Assembly (NCBI GenBank): GCA_963814415.1
Contig: CAWFCN010000001.1
Location: forward strand, 34,533-98,532
Source: an uncultured Actinomycetes bacterium
Lineage (GTDB): Bacteria; Actinomycetota; Thermoleophilia; RBG-16-64-13
Length of the DNA stretch: 64,000 bases
Reading direction: 5' to 3'
Position 1 is the stretch's first letter. The number at the start of each line of letters is the position of its first letter. The position numbers and the translations under genes are program-made. Below are positions 30,812-42,213 of the stretch, in pieces. The notes under the pieces were generated by a model. That model saw only the letters and a program-made list of their open reading frames with translations. It did not search any database and was not told where the DNA came from.

Positions 30812-32772
30812 TGCTAGAGCCTGCGCAAAGAACGGGTCGTTCGGCGGACGAGGACTCGTTCATCGGTTTCAGGGTGGGCGTACTGTTGATGCTGGGCATG
30901 GTGCTGTTCGGCATCATCGCTTTCCGTCTTTGGTATCTGCAGATACTCACAGGTGACCAGTTCGCGGTGAGTTCGGTGAGCAACCGCGAGCGGACGGTGA
31001 TTATCGAGGCGCCCCGCGGAGGCATCTTTGACCGCTACGGTGTGCCGCTGGTTCAGAACCGGGCAGGTCTGAGCGTAGGCTTCCTGGCCATGGACATGCC
31101 CGATCCGGGCAGCGATGAGTTCTACGCAGAGATATACGGCCTGTCAGAGATCCTTGATCTCCCACCCGCTCAGCTGCTGGCCGACTACGACAAGGCCAAG
31201 TCGGAGCCACACAAGACCTACGTGATCCAAGAGGATGTCGACGAGAACACCGTGGTCGCCTACCTCGAAGAGCACAACGAGGAGTATCCAGGCGTAGAGG
31301 TGGAGAAGGCCTTCTTGCGAGAGTACACCTATCCGTTCAAGGCCAAGACCGCCCACATCCTGGGGTATGTGGGCGAGATCTCCGACAACGACCTCAGCCA
31401 GCCCGAGTTCGCGGAGCTCAAGGGGGGCACCCACGTCGGCAAAGATGGGGTCGAGCGGCAGTACGACTCGTATCTGCGGGGCAGGGACGGCTGGAGGGTG
31501 GTCGAGGTAGACGCGATGGGCAAGCCTGTGAAGGTGGTCGACGAGAACCCGGCGGACACCGGGAACAACCTCTATTTGACCATTGACGCGAAGCTGCAGG
31601 CCGTGGCTGAGAAAGCCCTGGTAGAGGGCATGAACCGCGCCCACGACCCCAGGATCAACTTCACGGAAGCTAACGCCGGCGCCGTGGTAGCCATTGACCC
31701 ACGCAACGGGGAGATACTCGCAATGGCCTCCTACCCAGACTACGACCCGGAGAAATGGGTGGGGGGCATCAGCCCGTCGGACTTCGCCGTATACAACTCG
31801 GTTGAAGCAAGGCAGCCGCTCTACAACCGGGCCATGAACGGGCTGTATCCCGCCGGGTCTACCTTCAAGCCCTTCGTAGCCCTGTCGGCCATGGACGCCG
31901 GGCTCTTGGTCGTGGATGAGACACACGACTGTTGGGGCCGTTTCCGGTTGCCCATAGGCACGGGCAACACCAAGACCTTTCAGATATGGAAATGCTGGGT
32001 GTATCCCAACGGACACCAGACCATCAATCTGTACATGGCCATCGCCGCCTCGTGTGACTTCTACTTCTACAACGTGGGATACAAGACCTACCAGCAACCT
32101 ACTCCTGTACTGCAGAACGGAGTGCGTAGGTTCGGCTTCGGCCGCTCGACCGGCGCTGACCTTCCGGGAGAGACGCAGAGGTCGGTAGTTCCCGACAAGG
32201 TGTGGGCGCGCGAAAACCAGCGCGAGTGGAAGACCGGTGACGAGATCAACCTGGCCATCGGGCAGGGCGACCTCCTGGTGACGCCGCTTCAGGAGGCAGT
32301 GGCTCTGGCTGCCCTGGTCAACGGAGGCACGGTGTGGGTGCCGCATGTCGGTCTGCAGATCACAGACTCGTCGAACCGCGTCATCAGCACCATGCAGAGC
32401 GAGAAGCGTGGCGAGCTAGGAATAAGGCAGGAGTACATCGACCAGGTCAAGACCGGCATGGTCATGGTGTGCCGGCACAAGTTGGGCACGGCCTACAATA
32501 TCTGGCGAAGATTCAGCGTCGATGTCGGGGGTAAGACCGGAACCTCGCAGATGTTCGGACGAGACCCCGTGACAGGCGACCTGCTGGACGACTACGCGCT
32601 CTATATGGGCTACGCGCCTGCGAACGCGGCGACCGAGCCGCAGATCGTGGTGGTCGCGGTCATAGAGCAGGGAGGACACGGTAGCTCGGTGGCCGCCCCT
32701 GTCGTGCGGCGCGTGATGGAAGCCTACTTTGGTCTGCCGAGAGGTTTCATACCTATGACGACTGTGGACTGA
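30808..32772 (+). CDS. mrdA: Penicillin-binding protein 2
   Basis: APRGGIFDR, STFK (SxxK), SCD, KTGT. Confidence 0.94.
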   Translation: MMLEPAQRTGRSADEDSFIGFRVGVLLMLGMVLFGIIAFRLWYLQILTGDQFAVSSVSNRERTVIIEAPRGGIFDRYGVPLVQNRAGLSVGFLAMDMPDPGSDEFYAEIYGLSEILDLPPAQLLADYDKAKSEPHKTYVIQEDVDENTVVAYLEEHNEEYPGVEVEKAFLREYTYPFKAKTAHILGYVGEISDNDLSQPEFAELKGGTHVGKDGVERQYDSYLRGRDGWRVVEVDAMGKPVKVVDENPADTGNNLYLTIDAKLQAVAEKALVEGMNRAHDPRINFTEANAGAVVAIDPRNGEILAMASYPDYDPEKWVGGISPSDFAVYNSVEARQPLYNRAMNGLYPAGSTFKPFVALSAMDAGLLVVDETHDCWGRFRLPIGTGNTKTFQIWKCWVYPNGHQTINLYMAIAASCDFYFYNVGYKTYQQPTPVLQNGVRRFGFGRSTGADLPGETQRSVVPDKVWARENQREWKTGDEINLAIGQGDLLVTPLQEAVALAALVNGGTVWVPHVGLQITDSSNRVISTMQSEKRGELGIRQEYIDQVKTGMVMVCRHKLGTAYNIWRRFSVDVGGKTGTSQMFGRDPVTGDLLDDYALYMGYAPANAATEPQIVVVAVIEQGGHGSSVAAPVVRRVMEAYFGLPRGFIPMTTVD

Positions 32773-32783
32773 CCGGGAGACCT

Positions 32784-33968
32784 ATGAAACGCAATAGCAG
32801 CTATCTGAGCACCGCTACCCAGAGGAAGCAGTCCACCGGGATGACCTTCTGGACATACTTCCGCAGCATGGACTGGATCCTGGTCGCGGCCACCATGGGG
32901 TTGATCGTCTTCGGCCTCATCATGTTGTGGTCTGCCACGAAGAACAGCCCCAACAACTTGCCGCCCTCTTGGTATATGACCAGGCAGGCCTACGGACTTG
33001 GCATCGGGCTGGTGGCCATGTTCGGACTGAGTGTCATCAAGTACCGTTGGTTTGCTCGCTGGCAGATGTACATCTATGGGGCCGGCCTATTTCTGCTTGT
33101 CCTCACACTGCTTATCGGCGCCGGTTCTTCGGTGAATTCGACCCGCTGGCTGAACCTGGGTCTCTTCAAGATGCAGACCGGTGAGCTGGTGAAGTTCATG
33201 CTCATCGTGTCCCTCGGCGCCGTGCTTGCCGAAGGCGTCGAGCTCCGAGGTCAGTTCCGCTTCATAATGCTGTGCGTCCTATACGTGATGATCCCCGGAG
33301 TGCTCATCTTCCTGCAGCCTGACCTAGGGACGGCCCTCTGTCTGGGCGCTATTCTCGTCTGCATGTTGGTGGTGTGGGGCGTAAGGGTCTTCCATCTCGG
33401 CATACTAGGGACCGCAGGTGTTCTCGCCGCGGTGATCGCCATCAAGGGGAAGATCCTGAGGCCATACCAGATCAAGCGTCTGACGGTGTTCATGGATCCG
33501 GCGAACGACCCCAAGGGAGACGGCTACCAGCTGATGCAGAGCAAGATCGCCGTAGGCAGCGGGATGTTCGACGGCAAGGGCTACATGAAGGGCACACAGA
33601 GCACCTACGGGTTCATCCCGGAGCACCACACCGACTTCATCTTTGCGGTCATAGGGGAGGAGCTGGGGTTCGTGGGAGGCGCCTTCATGCTGTCGTTGTT
33701 CGCGATCATCACGTGGCGCGCGTATCGCATCTGTCGACTTTCCAACGATCTGTACGGCAAACTCATCTCGGCGGGCATCGCAGGCGTGCTGGTGTTCCAG
33801 GTGTTCGTGAACATCGGCATGACCACGGGCATCATGCCAGTGGTGGGCCTTCCGCTGCCGTTCATCAGTTCCGGCAGTAGCTCGCTGGTAGTATTCTTGA
33901 TGGCCATCGGTCTGCTGGAGAGCGTGCACGTGCACTCCGTGGCCGGTAGGCGCAGAAACGCCTCCTGA
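32784..33968 (+). CDS. rodA: Rod shape-determining protein RodA (SEDS)
   Basis: QPDLGTA, PEHHTDFIF, EELGF, GLPLPFIS. Confidence 0.94.
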   Translation: MKRNSSYLSTATQRKQSTGMTFWTYFRSMDWILVAATMGLIVFGLIMLWSATKNSPNNLPPSWYMTRQAYGLGIGLVAMFGLSVIKYRWFARWQMYIYGAGLFLLVLTLLIGAGSSVNSTRWLNLGLFKMQTGELVKFMLIVSLGAVLAEGVELRGQFRFIMLCVLYVMIPGVLIFLQPDLGTALCLGAILVCMLVVWGVRVFHLGILGTAGVLAAVIAIKGKILRPYQIKRLTVFMDPANDPKGDGYQLMQSKIAVGSGMFDGKGYMKGTQSTYGFIPEHHTDFIFAVIGEELGFVGGAFMLSLFAIITWRAYRICRLSNDLYGKLISAGIAGVLVFQVFVNIGMTTGIMPVVGLPLPFISSGSSSLVVFLMAIGLLESVHVHSVAGRRRNAS

Positions 33969-33993
33969 CGTTCGTCGTCAAAGGAGTACCCAA

Positions 33994-34845
33994 GTGGCTA
34001 AGTCCCCGGTGAATATAACCAGAGTCGTGGATACGTGGAGAGAGACCCTCGCGGCCACGGGCCGCTCGGCCGATGTGGTGCTCGCTGGCGACGAGGCGTT
34101 GGTGGCTCGTGTCCAGCAGTACTTCGCCGATGGCGGGACCCTCCCGGCGACGTGGGCCAGGCCGCTGGCCGAACTGCCCGAGTTGGCTTCGGTGCCGGGC
34201 GAACTGCTGGTGTTGTTGGTCACGCCCAGGGGAGAGGTCGAAGCCTTGGCCGCCCTTGGTCTGGGAGTGCCCAAGGGCGGAGTGGTGATCGCGGTGGACG
34301 AAGGCGAGGTGGCCACAGGGCGGGTGACTCATCCGTTCGATGGATGCGTGCGGCTGTCGTTCTCGGACACACCGCGCAACCGGCGGCGTCTGTTCGAGGC
34401 CTGTGCCGAACTCGGCGGTGATCACCTGGTGGCCCTGGGCCGAAGATACCCGGCCATCCGCGTGGCGGCGGCGCATCGCCTGATATACCGCACCGCCGCT
34501 CAGAACGCGGTCATAGGAGCGACTTTCTTCGTTCCCGGTGCGGACATGCCTGTCATGACCCTCAACCAGGCCAGGATGATCCTCTCGCTGGCGGGCATCT
34601 ACGGCGCGACTATCGACCGCGAGAGAGCGGTAGAGCTGGTGGGCTTGGTGGGAGTGGGCCTTGGCTTCAGGGCCCTTGCCCGCTCGTTCTTGCGTTCGGC
34701 TCCAGGGATAGGTTGGGCCATCAAAGCCAGCACGGCGTTCACCGCCACTGTGGCCGTGGGTCTGGCAGCGATGCGCTATTTTGATAAGGGCGCGCCAGCG
34801 GCCACCAGCAAGGTGATGGCACTCGTAGGTCATCTGCGGCGTTGA
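33994..34845 (+). CDS. DUF697-like domain protein
   Basis: PGADMPVMTLNQARMILSLAGIYG...PGIGWAIKA..A...T pattern. Confidence 0.7.
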   Translation: MAKSPVNITRVVDTWRETLAATGRSADVVLAGDEALVARVQQYFADGGTLPATWARPLAELPELASVPGELLVLLVTPRGEVEALAALGLGVPKGGVVIAVDEGEVATGRVTHPFDGCVRLSFSDTPRNRRRLFEACAELGGDHLVALGRRYPAIRVAAAHRLIYRTAAQNAVIGATFFVPGADMPVMTLNQARMILSLAGIYGATIDRERAVELVGLVGVGLGFRALARSFLRSAPGIGWAIKASTAFTATVAVGLAAMRYFDKGAPAATSKVMALVGHLRR

Positions 34846-37376
34846 AGGACGCAGAGGCCCAGAGGAGATTCGAAGACCTTCTCCCTCGGGTCCGGCGACC
34901 GGCCCGCCTCACCGGCGGCGAGGTAGGCAGTACCCGAGGTTTCACGGCGGCGCCCGGCGAGCTCCGGGTGGTGCTGGGGTTTCCCGATACCTACGAGATA
35001 GGCATCTCGAACCAGGCGCTCCAGATCCTGTACCACTTGGCGGACCAGACCGAGGGTGTGGCTGTGGAGCGGGTCTACCTGCCCTGGGTGGACGTGATCT
35101 CCGAGATACGGCGCGAGGGCATCCCCCTGTTGACGTTGGAGACCTGGAGCCCGGTGGCCTCCGCCGACCTCCTGGGGCTCACCTTGCAGCACGAATCCAA
35201 CTTCACCAACCTGCTGGAGACGCTGGACCTCGCGGGGCTGCCTTTGCGCGCGGCCGACAGGGACGAAGGCCATCCGCTGGTGGTGGTGGGAGGGCCCGCC
35301 TGCGCGAACTTCTTGCCCATGAGCCCCTTTGTGGACGCCGTGGTGGTAGGTGACGGCGAAGAGGTCTTTGTCCAGATGCTCAAGATCTTGGTGCGGGCCA
35401 AGCGCGACGGCGCCGGCCGCGCCGAGCGCAAGCGGCGACTCAGTGAGTTCGCCGGCGTCTTCGTGCCCGGCGTGAGTAGCGGCGTCGCGCGCAGGTGCGT
35501 GGTTAGGCTGGAGGAGGCTCCGTATCCCGAGTCGTGCTTGGTGCCGCTCACCGAGGGTGTGCACGACCGAGCCTGGGTGGAGATCATGCGCGGCTGTGCG
35601 CGAGGCTGCCGGTTCTGTCAGGCGGGCATGTGGTACCGCCCTGTACGGGAGCGGCTTCCCGAGCAAGTACTGGCTATGACCGCAGCCCAGCTCCAGGCGA
35701 CCGGCTACCAAGAGGTGGCCTTCGCCTCACTTTCCACCACCGACTACTCCTGTTTGGAGAGTCTCCTGAGCGGGGCGGCGAATGCCCACCCAGACGTGCA
35801 GGTCTCGCTGCCCTCGCTGCGCGTGGACGGCGCCGCCGTCAGGCTGGCGGGTCTCGCCTCGCCCAATGGGCCTTCGTTGACTTTGGCCCCCGAGGCCGGC
35901 AGCCAGCGGATGCGCGACCTCATCAACAAGAACGTTTCCGAGGAGGACGTCCTCGGGGCTGCTCAAGAAGCCGTGCGGGCCGGCAAGACCACGCTGAAGC
36001 TCTACTTCATGATCGGCCTGCCCTGGGAAGAGGACGCCGATGCGCTGGCGATCGCCGACCTGTGCCTCAAGATCCGCGAGGCGGCGCGGACCCAGATGGG
36101 GTCGCGCGCGAACCGGTTGCAGCTGAACGTGAGCGTGAACAACTTCATCCCGAAGCCCTTCACCCCGTTCCAGTGGGTGGGCATGGCCGATAGGGAGACC
36201 CTTGTCCGTCGCCAGGGCCTCATCCGCGACCGCCTGCGCAAGCCCGGGGTGCGGACGTCTTTCTCGCGCGTGGACGGCAGCTATTTGGAAGCTGCTCTCG
36301 CGCGGGGCGACGAGAAGCTGGGTGACGTGGTGGAGGAGGCCTGGAGGCGCGGTGCGCGCCTGGACTCCTGGACTGAGCAGTTCCACGGTCAAGCCTGGAG
36401 TGAGGCCTTCGCCTCCGTGGGCACGTCGGCTGAGGTACTGGCCACCGCTGCTCTTGATCCCGAGCAGCCGCTGCCGTGGGACCTGATCAGGGGCGTCGTC
36501 GGCCGGGACTTTCTGCTCTCTGAGTGGCAGAAGGCCGGGCGCGGCGAGACCACGCCCGACTGCCGCTGGGATGTCTGTAGCGACTGCGGAGCGTGCGCTG
36601 GACCGCTGACCAATCGGCTGGCCGCGCCCGACCAAGGTGAGGCGCCGGAGGCGGTCGTCGGAGCCGTCGCCGCGGGCCACCCGGAGGAAGCCGCGCCGTC
36701 GCCGCGCTGGCGCTACGTGGCCACCTTCAGCGTCGTCGGGAGGGGCAGGTTCTTGGGACATCTCGACCGGGCGGAGATCTTCAGGCGCGCCGTGCGCCGC
36801 GCCGGCGGGCACTTGGCTCTCTCGGCGGGGATGCGGCCCAAGGCGCTTCTCAGTCTGGCCTTGCCTTTGGCTGTGGGAGTGGAGAGCCTGGGCGAGCTGG
36901 CGGAGTTCGAGCTCTTCAAGGAGGCCGACGAGGAGTTCGCCACGCGGTTGAAGGCGTCCCTGCCGGAGCACATGCTTCTACTGGGACTCCGACCGTATGC
37001 CGGGCGGAAGGCCGTAGCGGCGCGGGTGGTCGGGGCGTCGTACGAAGTGTATGTGCGTACGGCTGCAGGAACAGACGACCCCTTCGGGAAGCTACAAGCG
37101 GCGTGCAGGCAGTTCGCGACGAGCGAGCAGCTACTGGTGGAGGAGAAGCGCGAGAGGGAGACACGTCAGGTGGACGTCAGGCGATATGTGGACACGGTCG
37201 TGTGTGAGAGGGGGGACGAGGGGGGCGCGCTCCTCTCTTTCAGAGCAGAAGTCGGTCCTTCGGGGACGGCGCGCCCCGAGCGCGTGATCGAAGCCGTGGG
37301 GGCGCTGGCGCAGGCAGACCTGGACGTGGAGCGCGTGGTGCGAACGCGCATCCATCTGTCGGAAGAGGGAGAGTAG
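34842..37376 (+). CDS. TIGR03960-family radical SAM protein fused to TIGR03936 (DUF2344) domain
   Basis: FPDTYEIGISN, CARGCRFC, APEAGSQRMR, KLYFMIGLP, CRWDVCSDCGAC; C-terminal RFLGHLD..RRAVRR..LALPLAVGVES. Confidence 0.88.
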   Translation: MKDAEAQRRFEDLLPRVRRPARLTGGEVGSTRGFTAAPGELRVVLGFPDTYEIGISNQALQILYHLADQTEGVAVERVYLPWVDVISEIRREGIPLLTLETWSPVASADLLGLTLQHESNFTNLLETLDLAGLPLRAADRDEGHPLVVVGGPACANFLPMSPFVDAVVVGDGEEVFVQMLKILVRAKRDGAGRAERKRRLSEFAGVFVPGVSSGVARRCVVRLEEAPYPESCLVPLTEGVHDRAWVEIMRGCARGCRFCQAGMWYRPVRERLPEQVLAMTAAQLQATGYQEVAFASLSTTDYSCLESLLSGAANAHPDVQVSLPSLRVDGAAVRLAGLASPNGPSLTLAPEAGSQRMRDLINKNVSEEDVLGAAQEAVRAGKTTLKLYFMIGLPWEEDADALAIADLCLKIREAARTQMGSRANRLQLNVSVNNFIPKPFTPFQWVGMADRETLVRRQGLIRDRLRKPGVRTSFSRVDGSYLEAALARGDEKLGDVVEEAWRRGARLDSWTEQFHGQAWSEAFASVGTSAEVLATAALDPEQPLPWDLIRGVVGRDFLLSEWQKAGRGETTPDCRWDVCSDCGACAGPLTNRLAAPDQGEAPEAVVGAVAAGHPEEAAPSPRWRYVATFSVVGRGRFLGHLDRAEIFRRAVRRAGGHLALSAGMRPKALLSLALPLAVGVESLGELAEFELFKEADEEFATRLKASLPEHMLLLGLRPYAGRKAVAARVVGASYEVYVRTAAGTDDPFGKLQAACRQFATSEQLLVEEKRERETRQVDVRRYVDTVVCERGDEGGALLSFRAEVGPSGTARPERVIEAVGALAQADLDVERVVRTRIHLSEEGE

Positions 37377-38818
37377 ATGCAGCAGCTCATCATCTCCCGC
37401 GACCGACACCAGACCCGGGTCGCCCTGCTGGAAGACGGACGCGCGTTGGAGCTCTACGTGGAGCCGGCCGGCTGTCCGACCCTGGTGGGCAACATCTTCA
37501 AGGGCCGGGTGGAGAAGGTCTTGACGGGCATGGACGCCGCCTTTGTAGATATCGGCCTGGAGCGCAATGGCTTCCTGGCTGTGGACGAGGCCGACGCGAG
37601 CGGGGAGAGGGGCAAGAAGAAGATCACCTCCCTCCTGCACGGCGGCAAAGAGGTGCTTGTCCGGGTGACGCGCGACCCCATGGGTGGCAAGGGGCCGCGG
37701 CTGAGCACGCAACTGCTCTTTGTGGGCAGAAGGCTGCTCTACAGTCCCGTGGCCAAGATGTCGGGGGCTTCGCGGCGCCTGGACGATGCCGAACGAGAGC
37801 GGCTGCGTCTGCTCTGCGGGAGTCTGGGGCTCGATGCGGGTGGTCTGGTGGCCCGCACCGCGGCCGAAGGAGCCGGTGCCGAGTCCCTGGCTCGGGAGCT
37901 CCGCTTCTTGCAGCGCGTATACGGGTGGGTGGAGCGCAAGGCGGCGGCGGTGGGAGCGCCGGCGCTCTTGTACCGCGAGGCCGACCTGGCCATGCGCGCG
38001 GTGCGTGACCTGCATGGGCCCGGAGTTCGGCGACGTACTGGTGGACGACGAGCGTCTTCATCGGCAACTGGTCAACTACCTGCGGGCTGTAGCCCCGGAG
38101 GCGAGTGGCCGTGTGGAGCTGTATCAGGACGGGTTGCCTCTGTTCGAGCGCTTCGGGCTGGAGAAAGAGATACTACAGGCTCTCAGCCGCCGAGTGGACC
38201 TTCCTTCGGGAGGCTACATCGTGATCGACCACACCGAGGCCCTCACGGCGGTGGACGTGAACACGGGTAGTTTCGTGCGCGGCAAACGGCTGGAAGACAC
38301 CACCCTCAAGACCAATGTAGAAGCGTGCCACGAGATAGTACGGCAGCTGCGGCTGCGCGACATCGGGGGCATTATAGTCATCGACTTCATAGACATGGCA
38401 ATAGGAGCCAACCGGGAAGCGGTGGTGGCCGCCCTCAAGACCGAACTGGCCGCCGACCGCACCAAGAGCTACGTGGTAGAGATCTCGCCGCTCGGCTTGG
38501 TGGAGATGACCAGGCAGAACGTGACGCCCGGATTGCGGGAGGTGCTCTCGGAGCCCTGCCCGGTGTGCGGCGGCGAGGGGAGAGTGAGGTCCGAAGCCTC
38601 GGCTCTCGCCGATGTGGAGCGTAGCCTGCGCAGGCTGGCGGTCATCTCGACGGCGCCGGTCGTAGAGGTGGAGGTGCATCCGCGCATGTCGGGCCGGCTG
38701 ACCGGCTCGGCGGCCTCCGCGCTGGCGGAGATCGAAGCGGAAACGGGCAAGCGAATTGTGGTCAGGGGCGCCGGCGGGGGCGTCTGCGTTGGACTATTGC
38801 GGACTTGCTGAGCGATAG
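37377..38818 (+). CDS. rng: Ribonuclease G/E family (frameshifts ~38016 and probably ~38778)
   Basis: GNIFKGRV, AAFVDIG, VDVNTG, LRDIGGIIVIDFIDM, GLVEMTR, CPVCGGEG. Confidence 0.92.
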
Positions 38819-38912
38819 TGGCAACGGTCACACTACCCTGCTATACTCCCTTGCTCGCGGCGGCCGTCTCTCTAGCGGACGTCAATCCGATGAAAGCTCA
38901 CGGGGAGTAGAG

Positions 38913-39218
38913 ATGTTCGCCATAGTGGTAGTCGGCGGCAAGCAGTACAGAGTGGAAGAGGGCGGTCGGTTCGTTGTCGACCGTCTGGACGTCGCTCCTG
39001 GCAGCACCGTCGAATTGAATCCCCTGCTCGTCGCGGACGGCAAGGACGTTCACCTGGCCAGCGAAGGCAAGAAGTCCAAGGTGACGGCCGAAGTGGTCGA
39101 GCATTTCAGGGGTCCTAAGATCGTCATCTCCAGGTTCAAGCCCAAGCGTGGCTGGCGCAAGAAGACCGGCTTCCGCTCTGCGCTCACTCGCCTGGAAGTC
39201 AAGAAGATCACGGCCTAG
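38913..39218 (+). CDS. rplU: 50S ribosomal protein L21
   Basis: [18 protein letters not shown]...KPK...GFR. Confidence 0.97.
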   Translation: MFAIVVVGGKQYRVEEGGRFVVDRLDVAPGSTVELNPLLVADGKDVHLASEGKKSKVTAEVVEHFRGPKIVISRFKPKRGWRKKTGFRSALTRLEVKKITA

Positions 39219-39247
39219 GCCAAGACGGCCACGCAGGAGGGATAGAT

Positions 39248-39499
39248 ATGGCTCACAAAAAAGGCGGCGGCAGTTCCAGGAACGGCCGCGATTCCAATGC
39301 TCAGCGTCTTGGCGTTAAGGAGTTCGGCGGCGAGATCGTCAAGGCCGGCGCCATCCTGGTGCGGCAGCGGGGCACCCGCTTTCGTCCCGGGGTCAACGTG
39401 GGCATCGGCTCCGACGACACCCTGTTCGCCAAAGCCCCTGGTCGGGTCGTGTTCAGCACCGGCAAGGCGGGGCGCGTAGTAAGCATAGAAGCCGAGTAA
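39248..39499 (+). CDS. rpmA: 50S ribosomal protein L27
   Basis: [21 protein letters not shown]. Confidence 0.99.
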   Translation: MAHKKGGGSSRNGRDSNAQRLGVKEFGGEIVKAGAILVRQRGTRFRPGVNVGIGSDDTLFAKAPGRVVFSTGKAGRVVSIEAE

Positions 39500-39547
39500 C
39501 TGCCTTAGGCAGTCCGCAGCCGGGCTTGCCTTCTCAAGGGACCGCCC

Positions 39548-41067
39548 ATGTTCTTCGATCAGGCAAAGATCCATGTGGCGGCTGGGAACGGCGGGAACGG
39601 CTGCGTTTCTTTTCGTAGGGAGCACCACGTGCCGCGCGGCGGTCCCGACGGAGGCGACGGTGGCCACGGCGGTGACGTGGTGCTGTACGTCGACCCTCAG
39701 GTCCGCGATCTCCAACTGTTCACCTACAAGGTCCACTTCAAGGCCGGCTTCGGCCAGGGGGGCATGGGCGCCAAGAAGCACGGCGCCAATGGCGACACGG
39801 TGCGCATCCCGGTCCCGACGGGCACACAGGTGTGGGTCATCGACGCCATGGGGGAGGGCACGCCGGTGCTCCGCGGAGTCATACCAGGTGGGCGGGGCCA
39901 GGCTGATCGCCGACCTGGTACGCAGGGGCCAGGAACTGGTGGTAGCGCGGGGCGGCGCCGGCGGACGAGGCAACACCCGCTTCAAGAACTCCGTGCATCA
40001 GGCTCCCAAGTTCTCCGAGTTGGGGGAGGAGGGCGAGAGCTATTGGTTGCGGCTCTCGCTGAAGCTCATGGCCGACGCGGGCTTGGCAGGGTTGCCCAAC
40101 GCCGGCAAGTCCTCGCTGCTAAAACGGCTCTCCAACGCCAAACCCAAGGTGGCGGACTATCCGTTCACCACCGTGGAGCCCATGCTGGGGGTCGTCGACT
40201 GGTCGGGCGACGGTGAAGTGTTCACTTTGGCGGACGTGCCGGGGCTGCTCGAGGGAGCCAGCGATGGGGTCGGGCTGGGACACGAGTTCTTGGCCCACCT
40301 GGAACGGTGCTTCTTGCTGATGCACGTGGTCGACATCACGGGCTCCAGCGGCATCGAACCGCTGGACGGCTTCCGGGTGATCCTGCGCGAGTTGGACGCG
40401 CATGCCGGTGGTCTGGCGGAGAAGCCGCAAGTGGTAGTGCTGAACAAGATCGACGCGGTGACCCCGGAGCAGGTCGAAGAGCAGCGAGAGATCTTCGCGG
40501 ATGAGATAGAGCTGTTGCGGCAGGCAAGGGCACCCGGCCTTCACGTACATGGTGGGCGAGGACGAGCCGCTGGCTCGGCAGATGATCTGGCCGGTGTCGG
40601 CGAGCACGGGCGCGGGTCTGAAAGGGTTGGTACATTGGCTGGGCCCGCTGCTGCGCGAGTTGGGCGCGGGCGGCGAGGTGGCGGGCGAGACCGAGAGCAC
40701 CTGGAAGCCGGTCATGAGCGACGCCGCGGCCTCGCCGGACTCAGGCGCGGCAGAGGGTCTGGTCGCTGGGCTGCAGCTCCCGCGGGACGAGGGCGAGCCG
40801 GAGAGTCGTATCGGCGGGCATATGGTCTACAGGCCCACCGGCACGTCCGAGCGGTCCTTCGTGGTCAGAAAGGTCAAGAAGGGCTTCGTCGTCGAAGGGG
40901 AGGGGGTGCGGCGGCTGGTGAGGAGGTTCGACCTCGACAACGAAGAAGCTATCCGGTACGTGGCCGAGAAGTTCGAGCGGTTGGGGGTGTATGCTGCTCT
41001 ACGGGCGCAGGGCGCCCAACCGGGGGATGACGTCGACGTAGAAGGCTTCGCCTTCGAGTTCAATTGA
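39548..41067 (+). CDS. obgE: GTPase ObgE/CgtA (frameshifts ~39890 and ~40528)
   Basis: [30 protein letters not shown]; C-terminal domain ending FEF. Confidence 0.94.
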
Positions 41068-41086
41068 CACGCGTCCGAGGACGAAG

Positions 41087-42197
41087 ATGACCGCAGAGCG
41101 TGACAAGAAGACGATAGTGGTCAAGGTGGGTTCGAGCACTCTCACCACCAAGAGAGGCACGTTCCGCCTGTCACCCGTGGCCGGGATGGTGGCTGAAGTG
41201 TGCGAACTGCACGCAGAAGGTCATCGCATGCTGCTGGTGTCTTCGGGAGCCGTCTCGTCGGGTATGGGTGTGCTTGAGTTCAAGAAGCGCCCCACCGAGG
41301 TCGTCGATCTGCAGGCCGCCGCTGCCGTCGGGCAAGGGCGACTGTTTCACATCTACACCGAACTCTTCGCCCACGAGAGCGTGGTCACGGCCCAGGTGTT
41401 GCTGACCGCCTTTGACGTGGCCGCGCGCACTCAGTACCTGAACGCACGCAACACGCTGGGCCGGCTGCTCGACTGGGGCGTGGTGCCGATCATCAACGAG
41501 AACGACACCACCTCCACCGATGAGCTCTGCTTCGGCGACAACGACACGTTGGCCGCCCAGGTGGCGCTCTTGGTCAAGGCCGACCTGCTGGTGCTGCTCA
41601 CCGACACCGACGGCCTCTATACTTCCGATCCGCGCACCGGACGAGCATGCCCGTCTGATCACCAGGGTCGAAGACCTCGAGGAGTTGGCGTCCGTACAGA
41701 TAGGAGCGGTGGGTCCTCTCGGCTCGGGTGGCATGGGCACCAAGATCAACGCCGCCCGCATGGGCACCAGCGGCGGCATAGAGACGGTCATCGCTCGGGG
41801 CACGCGCCCGGATGTGCTCAAGGCCTGCCTGGCCGGCGAAGAAGTGGGCACGCGCTTTCTGCCGCGCTCTCTGGGACTGCCCGACTACAAGTTGTGGCTG
41901 CTGTACGGAAAGCCGGTCCGCGGCAAGGTGATGGTGGACGGGGGAGCGGTCAAGGCGCTCAAGGGCAGTGGTAGCCTGCTGCCTGTGGGCGTCGTAGGCG
42001 TGGAGGGCGATTTCAACGGCGGAGACGCGGTGGTGGTCGTGGGCGAGGACGGCACCGAGCTTGCGAAGGGCATCGTGAGTTGCTCCAAGGAAGACCTGGA
42101 CCGGGTGAAGGGACTGCACAGCGACCAGGTGGCGACGGTGTTGCCGCATGCCGCGGAGGAGGCCATCCATAGAGACTGCTTGGTGTTGATGGTTTGA
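41087..42197 (+). CDS. proB: Glutamate 5-kinase (frameshift ~41640)
   Basis: VVKVGSS, VSSGAV, PIINEND, FGDND, GGMGTK; PUA domain SLLPVGV. Confidence 0.94.
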
Positions 42198-42213
42198 GGG
42201 GCCAGGAGGCAGA

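Noticed and set aside
16393-42197. Programmed frameshifting or pseudogenisation of tig, lon, valS, folC, rng, obgE and proB
   Set aside because: No common slippery sequence, several genes are essential and both halves are conserved; sequencing indels are more parsimonious
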